Shown: positions 1 to 7,116 of the stretch, piece after piece
Layout of the letters: every line of letters begins with the position of its first letter
How positions within the stretch are numbered: position 1 is the stretch's first letter
IMG/VR virus record: IMGVR_UViG_3300034168_000130
Coordinates: 1-60,949 of that record
DNA length: 60,949 bases
Reading direction: 5' to 3' (one strand)
Origin: a virus
Taxonomy: Duplodnaviria; Caudoviricetes
Program-made: the position numbers and the translations under genes
Notes under the pieces: model-generated
Seen by the model: the letters and a program-made list of their open reading frames with translations, nothing else
Database searches by the model: none
What the model was told of the DNA's origin: nothing

Positions 1-226
1 TCAAAGATTTACGAGGGGGTACTCCCAACAGTCCGAAGAGCCCGACCCCCGTCGCCCCTGCGAGGCGTTGCCCTGCGCCGAGAACCAAAGGGCAACCGAG
101 GGGGGGGGGGGGGAGGGCAACCCTTGAAAAATCTTCGCATCTTCTCCACTTTATTTGATCTCGTCAGTATTACTTTGTCAGTTCGACTGACGGCTACTAG
201 CCTACCCTACGGGGTGGAGGACATAG
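1..226. repeat. Left direct terminal repeat
   Basis: Matches 60723-60949 except the G run (G14 here, G15 in the right copy); size typical of T7-like DTRs. Confidence 0.85.
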
Positions 227-273
227 CCCCTCTTTGACAACCCAACTCTATCGCTCTCACCTCGAGGGCTATG

Positions 274-336
274 GTAGCCAACTGGTCTACCCCGCAAGGG
301 GGAGTAATGAACTAGCGTGTGCCATAGTACTCGGGA
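274..336 (+). other. Long imperfect hairpin capped by CCC-GCAA-GGG (possible RNase III site or 5' leader)
   Basis: ctcgag/ctcggg, gctatggt/gccatagt, ctggt/actag pair with G-U wobbles; GNRA tetraloop. Confidence 0.5.
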
Positions 337-556
337 CTTTGAAGGCTATAAGGATCACGCCTCTATCGGAACTAGTGTCATTAGTTCCACTAACGATCAA
401 ATTAATCCCTCCCCTATTGCTTGCTTTTTTCGGTGAATTTTCCATTAAAGCACTCATTAGGGATAGGGAAGATATGCCCCTAACAAGGACATATCTTCCC
501 GTACCCTTCGGATGTTCCGTAGGGTATCGGGGCAACATATTCTTAAGGAGAATACT

Positions 557-883
557 ATGTCTAAGTTTTATAACGGTAATTTGATCAATCGGGCATTCAT
601 TGAATCTCAACTCTTACTTGCCACTGGCACTAAGGATGCTAATGGTAAGTTGTTGATTGAGGGTACTGGAGATATCACTATCCCCTTCATTGCCTACCAT
701 ATTCTCGTGGATTGTGACAAAGTGAAAACGCATAAGATGTATTGTGCAATGATCAAGGCTACTGGACGATCACTTTGCACAAAGACATTACGAGACGGTA
801 TGAATGCTATGCTTGCGGAAAACGGATATGCGTTCGCACCAAAGACCGATAAGTTGGATGCACTACTTGCCGAGATTGACTAA
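557..883 (+). CDS. Hypothetical early protein (first gene)
   Basis: ORF 512..883; start moved to ATG 557 after RBS TAAGGAG, whose context (ttcttaaggagaatac) recurs before 2964. Confidence 0.75.
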   Translation: MSKFYNGNLINRAFIESQLLLATGTKDANGKLLIEGTGDITIPFIAYHILVDCDKVKTHKMYCAMIKATGRSLCTKTLRDGMNAMLAENGYAFAPKTDKLDALLAEID

Positions 884-898
884 GTATCAATGGCAGTT

Positions 899-974
899 GG
901 GGATACCGTAGCACTCCTACGGTATCCCCTAGGGTTCACCCTAATAAGTGAGCCCTAGGGGATATCAATGTCCC
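899..974 (+). promoter_or_regulatory. Triple overlapping hairpin leader, copy A
   Basis: ggggataccgtag/ctacggtatcccc; cccctagggttcac-CCTAATAA-gtgagccctagggg; gggatat-caa-tgtccc; same architecture at 2855-2928. Confidence 0.6.
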
Positions 975-1020
975 AATGGTAATGTGAGTAATGTCCCTAT
1001 ACGGGCAGAAAGGTATCATT

Positions 1021-1281
1021 ATGGTTAAGTTCACTATGAAACAGATATTTGGTGATTGTCGTAGTCCAAAGGATTACGCTAGTCGAGTAGCCAAGTTTGC
1101 CAAGGATCGTAGTATCCCTACTGAAACAGTAATCGAGGCTATACGCCAAGGGTACGGGGTAACAGTCGATAGGGAGATGTGTGCGAAGTATGCCCACGTC
1201 AATGCTATTGAATCGTGGCAGACCGATTCACGTACTCATAGTACCGTCCTAGTCTTTGAGACTCTTATGGAGAATCTATGA
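1021..1281 (+). CDS. Hypothetical early protein
   Basis: ORF 991..1281; start at ATG 1021 after AAAGG; ATGA overlap with next gene. Confidence 0.7.
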   Translation: MVKFTMKQIFGDCRSPKDYASRVAKFAKDRSIPTETVIEAIRQGYGVTVDREMCAKYAHVNAIESWQTDSRTHSTVLVFETLMENL

Positions 1282-1568
1282 AACATCCTATGCCACCATT
1301 TGCCGATATGTACACTCCCCAATTGAAAAGGGCAGTAAGGAACTATGCCGATGGTAATACTACGGTAGACGAATTCATTGATGCGGTATTTGAGGCAGCC
1401 ACGAAAGGCGAAGTACACGAACTATTCTACGGTCTAATCAATCGTAGGCACGATTATCGTACTGAATGTGAGATGGCTATGAAGACATCTTGCACTAAGA
1501 AGATGACCAAAGCGTATGCCAATATGATGGTATATGTTCGAGTCCTTACTACTGAGGATACACTATGA
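1278..1568 (+). CDS. Hypothetical early protein
   Basis: GGAG RBS; ATGA overlaps at both ends. Confidence 0.7.
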   Translation: MKHPMPPFADMYTPQLKRAVRNYADGNTTVDEFIDAVFEAATKGEVHELFYGLINRRHDYRTECEMAMKTSCTKKMTKAYANMMVYVRVLTTEDTL

Positions 1569-1840
1569 GTCCCGAACTACTACGACTACATCAATCCTAT
1601 GAGAATGGTATCATTCACTGCGATGAGTTCGCAGAGGGTATCAAGAGTATCAAGGGATTGCATCCGCAGTATGAACCTATCGTCCTAGTACTTGAGTGGT
1701 ATCGTGAAGAATGCCGTAGTGTGGTATTCAACTTCGATAAGTTCGAGTGGGATGTTCGACAACTGAACACTATGGCAGGGTACTATGCACGGCTCAAGGA
1801 TGCCGTGGATAGTGTGGTCTACCCCAATGTAGTCCACTAG
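1565..1840 (+). CDS. Hypothetical early protein, possibly a distant paralog of 1278..1568
   Basis: GAGG RBS, ATGA overlap; both carry Y-x-x-G-x-x-x-x-DEF (YADGNTTVDEF / YENGIIHCDEF). Confidence 0.7.
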   Translation: MSPELLRLHQSYENGIIHCDEFAEGIKSIKGLHPQYEPIVLVLEWYREECRSVVFNFDKFEWDVRQLNTMAGYYARLKDAVDSVVYPNVVH

Positions 1841-1918
1841 TAATGAAACACACCTTCAGTATGAAGGTTCTTGGGATACCTTGCGTATCCCATAGGGATG
1901 CCCCTATCCTCACAATAG

Positions 1919-2278
1919 GGGTATCCCATAGGCTACACTGTAGAGGTGTACCCTATGGGATATATAGAGTGGGAGATATTACTAGATCAATGACGATTGA
2001 TCCCCTACTCTACAATATTCAATGGTGTATACCCTAGATGATTATGTTATAACTAATCTATAAACTAGGGTATCCCATAGGTTACACTGTAGAGGTGTAC
2101 CCTATGGGATATGTGGCACAGGGCAATAAATACCCTCCTACGATATCTCAATGTACTTATGTAGTGCTTACCTACACTAGTACCAGATAGAGATAAGCGT
2201 GGTATACCCTAGATGACATTAGTCTATAAAACTAGGGTATCCCATAGGCTACACTATAGTGGTGTACCCTATGGGATA
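1919..2278 (+). repeat. Array of three 44-nt palindromic repeats with unique structured spacers
   Basis: GGGTATCCCATAGGYTACACTRTAGWGGTGTACCCTATGGGATA at 1919-1962, 2068-2111, 2235-2278 (periods 149, 167); copies 2 and 3 also share the upstream GTATACCCTAGATGA...CTATAAA(A)CTAGGG hairpin. Confidence 0.9.
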
Positions 2279-2310
2279 ATGGTATCCACGATACACTTCT
2301 CCTAAAGAGT

Positions 2311-2836
2311 CTAGGTAATAGGTAACCTAGTAAAACACCTATACTGTAATTCCCTTCGGGGTATATACCTTCGGGTCTATATGTCAGTACACTACCATAT
2401 CCCTTGACTGGGGTATGGTGGCTTCTCTACTACATTAGGTAGTGGTAGTGCACTAGCACTGCCTATTCCCTAGTAGACGGTTATTTCCTATACCTTCTCC
2501 GTAAAAGTAAGGTTCATTAGTCACGGGAGTTTCATACTATCATCCTAACATAGGTGTGATGAAAGTATGTATGAGTGAGTTGGTACTATGCCCACCTATA
2601 GCAGGGTAAGTACTAGGGTTGAACACTGCCCTTAATCAGTGGATGGTATGCTGATGCCATATAAAGGTGTAGTAATACACCCCGCATAAAGAGATCGGTG
2701 CAGTTGCCTATCGCTGTATAAGTATAGGTATGTATCTCTACTACAGTACGCTCCGTTAGGATGGGCTGTAGCATATACGTTGGTAGGTTACACTACTTGT
2801 CGTCCACCTACGCAATACCCTAACGGGGGTATTGTG
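2311..2836 (+). ncRNA. Candidate large structured ncRNA, family unknown
   Basis: No ORF of 60 aa or more; two cUUCGg loops, GUAA and UAAC tetraloop hairpins, two H-type pseudoknots, G-U-containing stems, long-range cctatac/gtatagg pairing. Confidence 0.55.
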
Positions 2837-2854
2837 GGCTTGGATATGTAGCAC

Positions 2855-2928
2855 GGATACCCTCGGTGTACACTGAGGGTATTCCCTTCTGCTCTCCTAA
2901 TAGAGGGCGCAAGGGGATAACAATATCC
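2855..2928 (+). promoter_or_regulatory. Triple overlapping hairpin leader, copy B
   Basis: ggataccctcggtg/cactgagggtattcc; tcccttctgctctc-CTAATA-gagggcgcaagggg; ggata-acaa-tatcc; stems differ from copy A, loop conserved. Confidence 0.6.
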
Positions 2929-2963
2929 TATGTACGGTAGAAAAAATTCTTAAGGAGAATACA

Positions 2964-3194
2964 ATGGACTATCCAAACTATGGCGGGTACGAGGCTGAGT
3001 ACGGTATGAATCTGAAGGACACACTGATTGAGAATCAGGATGCAATCATCAAGGTACAAACGAGTACTATTGAAGTGCAGGATAAGCAGATACGATTATA
3101 CAAGGCACTCGAGGAAAGTAATATGACTATCATTGCATCCCTGAGGATTCAGATCCTTGCACTCACTACGGCAGTAGGGGAGTCACGACGATGA
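2964..3194 (+). CDS. Hypothetical coiled-coil protein
   Basis: Strong RBS TAAGGAG; heptad-like I/Q pattern. Confidence 0.75.
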   Translation: MDYPNYGGYEAEYGMNLKDTLIENQDAIIKVQTSTIEVQDKQIRLYKALEESNMTIIASLRIQILALTTAVGESRR

Positions 3195-3457
3195 ATATCA
3201 ACTTTAGTATCTATGATGCCCTAGAGGACATCACAAAGCAGTACACTGGAGTATTGACTACCCTTAGTGCGGAGACATACCGTGCAGATACCGCTGAAGG
3301 TGAAGCCTTCGCTACTAACCTGCGCCTAGTCGAAGTCCTCGCTGAACTCGAGTCTATCAAGGCATTATACCGTGGCTCACCATCCGATCTATCGGACTAT
3401 AAGAAGATGACCAATGAAGAATGCAGTAACATAGTTAAGGAGATAAGTAACCTATGA
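3191..3457 (+). CDS. Hypothetical protein
   Basis: GGGGAG RBS; ATGA overlaps. Confidence 0.7.
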   Translation: MNINFSIYDALEDITKQYTGVLTTLSAETYRADTAEGEAFATNLRLVEVLAELESIKALYRGSPSDLSDYKKMTNEECSNIVKEISNL

Positions 3458-4176
3458 ATAAACTAAAAACATCTAACGATAGGAAGGTAACTAATATGCC
3501 CACTGCTAATGGTAAGCAGTCCGCTATAAAGAATACCTTTGGTCTACCTAGTGGTATAGCATACTCTTGTAGGGGTGAGACTCCTACTTGTAAGAGAGTG
3601 TGTTATGCTGGTAGACTAGAGAAGGTATACCCTAGTGTAAGGGCATTGCTGTTACATAACTGGCTGTTACTAAAGGATGCCGACTATAATACTATGGTCT
3701 CATTGTTAGATGATATGATACAGTCATTCAATAAGGACTGTGCCAAGTACCCTAGTGTAGATAAGATATTCCGTATACACTGGGATGGTGACTTCTTTAG
3801 TGACGAGTATACTACAGCGTGGGCTACAGTAATACAGCGTCATCCTAGTATACAGTTCTGGGTATATACTAGAGTAGAATCTAGTGCCAGAATATTGCAA
3901 GGTATTGATAACCTATCCTTGTACTACTCTACTGATAGAGATAATGAATCTATTGGTATCAGTCTACGAGCAATAGGTATTAAACTTGCATACCTAGAGG
4001 ATACCTTTGAGACTGGTGGTATCCGACTAAAGGTTATCACTGGTAAGGTAGGTGCTAAATGTCCAGAGAATATGGGTGTTATACCCTTAATCTCTACCAT
4101 AGGCAGTGCCTGTGGGGTATGTAGATTGTGTGTTGATAACAAGACAGACATAAGATTCTCTATATCGAAAGGATAA
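3454..4176 (+). CDS. GP88-like (radical-SAM-related Fe-S) phage protein
   Basis: FGLPSG..SC-x6-C-x3-CYA, FRIHWDGDF, WVYTR, C-terminal C..CGVCRLC. Confidence 0.75.
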   Translation: MNKLKTSNDRKVTNMPTANGKQSAIKNTFGLPSGIAYSCRGETPTCKRVCYAGRLEKVYPSVRALLLHNWLLLKDADYNTMVSLLDDMIQSFNKDCAKYPSVDKIFRIHWDGDFFSDEYTTAWATVIQRHPSIQFWVYTRVESSARILQGIDNLSLYYSTDRDNESIGISLRAIGIKLAYLEDTFETGGIRLKVITGKVGAKCPENMGVIPLISTIGSACGVCRLCVDNKTDIRFSISKG

Positions 4177-4230
4177 TGTGTATACATTTGTACACATTTC
4201 TATACATATCCATACTGATATGTATATTAA

Positions 4231-4304
4231 ATCCCTATAGCGCAACAGGATAGCGCAACAGATTTCTAATCTGTAGGTTGTAGGTTCAAGTCCTACTAGG
4301 GATG
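4231..4304 (+). tRNA. tRNA-Arg(TCT)
   Basis: atcccta/tagggat acceptor, gcgc D stem, acaga-TTTCTAA-tctgt anticodon arm, gtagg-TTCAAGT-cctac T arm; CCA not encoded. Confidence 0.9.
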
Positions 4305-4307
4305 TTT

Positions 4308-4382
4308 GGGGTAGTGCCTGATGTTGGTAAAAGGTGTCGGCATATAACCGACCTCACGTGGGTTCGATTCCTACCTACCCTA
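4308..4382 (+). tRNA. tRNA-Ile(TAT), atypical (A33)
   Basis: ggggtag/ctaccct acceptor, gtcgg-CATATAA-ccgac anticodon arm, gtggg-TTCGATT-cctac T arm. Confidence 0.75.
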
Positions 4383-4424
4383 CTATTGTGTATCGTTGTT
4401 CGGTAACTTTTATAGGAGAATCAA

Positions 4425-4649
4425 ATGTATCTAGTACACGACAAGCATAATGTAATAGCATCAGGCTTCCCTGATAAACACCTAGCAGAGGTGTATGCAC
4501 ACTTGTATATCAATCTCTTCAGTGATGAGGGTGTATCTGTTAGCAGAGATGTTAATCAATTGAATCGTAATGGTAGCCTACAGTATGTAGGTCAACAGAT
4601 ATGTCCATTCACTGGAGAGTCAACAAGTAAACTAAAGGAGACAGTATGA
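4425..4649 (+). CDS. Hypothetical protein
   Basis: AGGAG RBS; overlaps next gene. Confidence 0.7.
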   Translation: MYLVHDKHNVIASGFPDKHLAEVYAHLYINLFSDEGVSVSRDVNQLNRNGSLQYVGQQICPFTGESTSKLKETV

Positions 4650-4852
4650 ATACATTCAAAGATGATCAGTTTGTAAGTGATATTGTGCGTCAAACAAGAC
4701 AGTCCACGGTACTGTCCCAGTTGTTACACAACAGGATACCTATGATAGATGCAGTAAAGACTGCATATGAAACAGAACAAGACATCAATAAAAGAGTTGC
4801 ATATGGTAACCTATTGGTGTGGCTACGCTTACTGAAAGAGGAGACCAAGTAA
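4646..4852 (+). CDS. Hypothetical protein
   Basis: AAGGAG RBS; TAATG coupling to next gene. Confidence 0.7.
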   Translation: MNTFKDDQFVSDIVRQTRQSTVLSQLLHNRIPMIDAVKTAYETEQDINKRVAYGNLLVWLRLLKEETK

Positions 4853-5214
4853 TGGGATTAGATCAATATATAAATGTAAACGGGTCTAACATTGCATCTC
4901 GTCCTGCTACTGGTGATGATGCTATTACTAATAACCCCATAGAGATATGGTATGGTCGTAAAGAATACGACATCCATAACTGGATGCATAAAAACTTTAT
5001 CTATAAGGGTGGTGATGTTAGTGCACAGTTTAACTGTGAGTCTTATGTACTGTTAGATGAAAAAGATATGGATGATCTAATAGAAGATATAAAAACATCA
5101 GATGGGTTTGAAGATACAGATAAAGACTTACTATCTGAGTACTTGGATATGTGTTATAAGGTAAAGAGGTTGGTTGAGCGTGGTAACATAGTATACTACA
5201 CCTCGTGGTGGTAG
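4852..5214 (+). CDS. Conserved phage hypothetical protein (MGLDQY...YYTSWW type)
   Basis: Start moved to ATG 4852; MGLD-x-Y, Y-x-RK..IHNW, FNCE and terminal SWW pattern recurrent in phages. Confidence 0.75.
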   Translation: MGLDQYINVNGSNIASRPATGDDAITNNPIEIWYGRKEYDIHNWMHKNFIYKGGDVSAQFNCESYVLLDEKDMDDLIEDIKTSDGFEDTDKDLLSEYLDMCYKVKRLVERGNIVYYTSWW

Positions 5215-5259
5215 TAGTGTTTTAATTCAGTACTAAAGTTCATATATAAAAGGAATATA

Positions 5260-5847
5260 ATGACACAAATAAACATTGATCTCCCTTATGCACGGTATGC
5301 TGGGGACTTTAGAACCAAGCATCTATTAGACCTAGTGCTAGAGGCTCATAGGCTATTGGGTATGAATAATAACTGTCTCAGTACAGGTGCATTCATCAAC
5401 TGCTACAAGGCAACAGGCAGTATGCCTAGTGCTATAGCCTCTGCTGTGCTAACTCTTAATGGGTTACACGCCCCTATACAACAGGCTAGAGATGTATATG
5501 AGTACTATGATCAGGAGATGATTAACAGGGATATACTGGAAGGTCGAAAGATAGCAGGGTTTGGTAATGCTTTCCATAAGGACGGCATTGATCCAGTATG
5601 GTTATCAGTACAACAGTATATGATCAGTGAATTCTTTGATGAGTATCGTAGACTGATGGACTTACAGGATTGGGTAAACTATACTCGTAAACGATATAAA
5701 CCTGATGCTAAAGATATCTTTATTAACCCTGCTATGTGGACGGCAGTGGTATGTGGTATGTATAACTTCGACAGAGGTAGCGAACTATCCCTGTTTATAA
5801 TGGCAAGACTGCCCACTTGGATACAGAAAGGATTATGTAATGATTGA
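5260..5847 (+). CDS. Citrate synthase / citryl-CoA lyase-fold protein with degenerate active site
   Basis: AIASAVLTLNGLHAP (cf. GPLHGGA), GRKIAGFGNAFHKDGIDP (cf. IPGFGHRVYK..DPR), LFIMARLPTW (cf. LFAIARxxGW). Confidence 0.7.
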   Translation: MTQINIDLPYARYAGDFRTKHLLDLVLEAHRLLGMNNNCLSTGAFINCYKATGSMPSAIASAVLTLNGLHAPIQQARDVYEYYDQEMINRDILEGRKIAGFGNAFHKDGIDPVWLSVQQYMISEFFDEYRRLMDLQDWVNYTRKRYKPDAKDIFINPAMWTAVVCGMYNFDRGSELSLFIMARLPTWIQKGLCND

Positions 5848-6049
5848 AAGCGATGAGAGAATAGATAAGATTGTAGCACAGATGCTGTGCTTTATTGAGA
5901 GTCAAGGCTATGCCTTGGTAGCCATACACCCTATTAACTTGAGAAATGTAGATGTTGATCAAGTTAACGAGGCTATGGAGAATGCTGGTACATATGACAT
6001 AGTTCTACAAGAACAAGAAAGGATTAAGAATGGTACTAAAGAATCTTAA
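5840..6049 (+). CDS. Hypothetical protein
   Basis: AAAGGA RBS; overlaps neighbours. Confidence 0.65.
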   Translation: MIESDERIDKIVAQMLCFIESQGYALVAIHPINLRNVDVDQVNEAMENAGTYDIVLQEQERIKNGTKES

Positions 6050-6626
6050 GAAATATGTAGATGATCTAATCTGTGAACACGGGGAAGAGTATCCTTGTGT
6101 CAGTTGGACACGGCTAGTAGAGTGGACATCCATCAGTGATAACATTATGGATAACTGTAGTACACTAGAAGAACTACTGGCAGAGATGATCCAGTACTGG
6201 GAAGAAGATAAAGCCCAGCAACTTCTGAGTAAAGAAGTAGCATCAGGTAAGTATGACAACACTACTGATGTGTTGCCCCCGAAAGTTGGGGCTAAAGAGA
6301 ATACCTCTTTCGTTATACGTACCTTTATCACTAACAAAGCAGGGGTTAGGAGAGACATACAACTAATCTCTACTCCTCACTATGATGAGAAGCACTCTTG
6401 TATGGTGTGTACATACCTTGTGCAAGGTGTCTCCGAGTATACTATAGTATCTGAAGACACTAACAGTATTACTACAGGCTTTGACTTTGCTGATGGTCCT
6501 ATGTATACTGTGGGTGGTGAGTTTAGTAATGGAGTATGGGTTGTTGGTAATATCCTAGAGTTGAAATCGTTTCAACCTAATGTTAAAGGTAGTGTATGTT
6601 GCCACTTAGTGGTAGAAAGTAAATGA
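6030..6626 (+). CDS. Hypothetical protein
   Basis: 198-aa ORF with AAGGA RBS; contains an internal phage promoter. Confidence 0.65.
   Translation: MVLKNLKKYVDDLICEHGEEYPCVSWTRLVEWTSISDNIMDNCSTLEELLAEMIQYWEEDKAQQLLSKEVASGKYDNTTDVLPPKVGAKENTSFVIRTFITNKAGVRRDIQLISTPHYDEKHSCMVCTYLVQGVSEYTIVSEDTNSITTGFDFADGPMYTVGGEFSNGVWVVGNILELKSFQPNVKGSVCCHLVVESK
6280..6297 (+). promoter_or_regulatory. Phage RNAP promoter
   Basis: CGAAAGTTGGGGCTAAAG; core shared with 11875, 19323, 60173. Confidence 0.65.
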
Positions 6627-6970
6627 TTATGCATCCTATTACAATTGAATTAGAAGATATCATATATAATAACGTCAGTTATGATGTAACTGTAGAGGTT
6701 GAGGGTCATACATCTGAGAATGATGGAGACTCTAAGCAACTGTATCCAGAGATTGACAGTATAGTTGTTACAAGAGTACAATCTATTACTGAAGATGGTC
6801 CATTCGGTAATGAGATTATGCTTGAGCATCGGTCTGATATAGATGCTGATCTCTATACAGCACTGTTGTATATTGTGTCTAATGATTTCAGTATATGTGA
6901 AACATTACTTGAACACATTGCTGAATATGATAGAGATATGGCAGAGTATTCACCTGATAATGAAGAGTGA
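6623..6970 (+). CDS. Hypothetical acidic protein
   Basis: 115-aa, very D/E-rich ORF. Confidence 0.7.
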   Translation: MIMHPITIELEDIIYNNVSYDVTVEVEGHTSENDGDSKQLYPEIDSIVVTRVQSITEDGPFGNEIMLEHRSDIDADLYTALLYIVSNDFSICETLLEHIAEYDRDMAEYSPDNEE

Positions 6971-6977
6971 TAACACA

Positions 6978-7050
6978 GGACTAGTAGACCAATGGCAGAG
7001 TCAATAGATTTAAAATCTATACAGTGTGGGTTCGAGTCCCACCTAGTCTA
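6978..7050 (+). tRNA. tRNA-Leu(TAA), short variable loop
   Basis: ggactag/ctagtct acceptor, D loop aatggcaga, ataga-TTTAAAA-tctat anticodon arm, gtggg-TTCGAGT-cccac T arm. Confidence 0.85.
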
Positions 7051-7116
7051 TTCACCAACTAGTAATGCACGATAAACCTTGTTGGTTTACTGTACATTCT
7101 ATAAGGAGATTCGGAT

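Noticed and set aside
234-610. ORFs 234..584 (+) and 287..610 (-)
   Set aside because: No RBS or motifs; they overlap the hairpin-rich leader and the first credible gene.
891-908. Promoter-like GTTGGGGATA
   Set aside because: Lacks CTAWAG and is explained as a hairpin arm.
1843-2037. 64-aa ORF
   Set aside because: No RBS; runs through the repeat hairpins and reads like translated palindromes.
1919-2278. CRISPR or TIGR array
   Set aside because: Spacers of 105 and 123 nt are structured and partly repeated; no cas or Nop-domain gene recognised.
2034-2660. Hammerhead ribozyme or C/D-box RNA (CTAGATGA, GTGATGA at 2556, CTGA at 2651)
   Set aside because: No CUGANGA-stem-GAAA core or k-turn geometry could be assembled; short matches are expected by chance.
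2340-2840. Group I/II intron, tmRNA or RNase P
   Set aside because: No recognisable catalytic-core signatures, tRNA-like ends or interrupted gene.
4177-4424. Theta/HDV ribozymes beside tRNAs
   Set aside because: Flanks show only simple AT-rich hairpins, no nested double pseudoknot.
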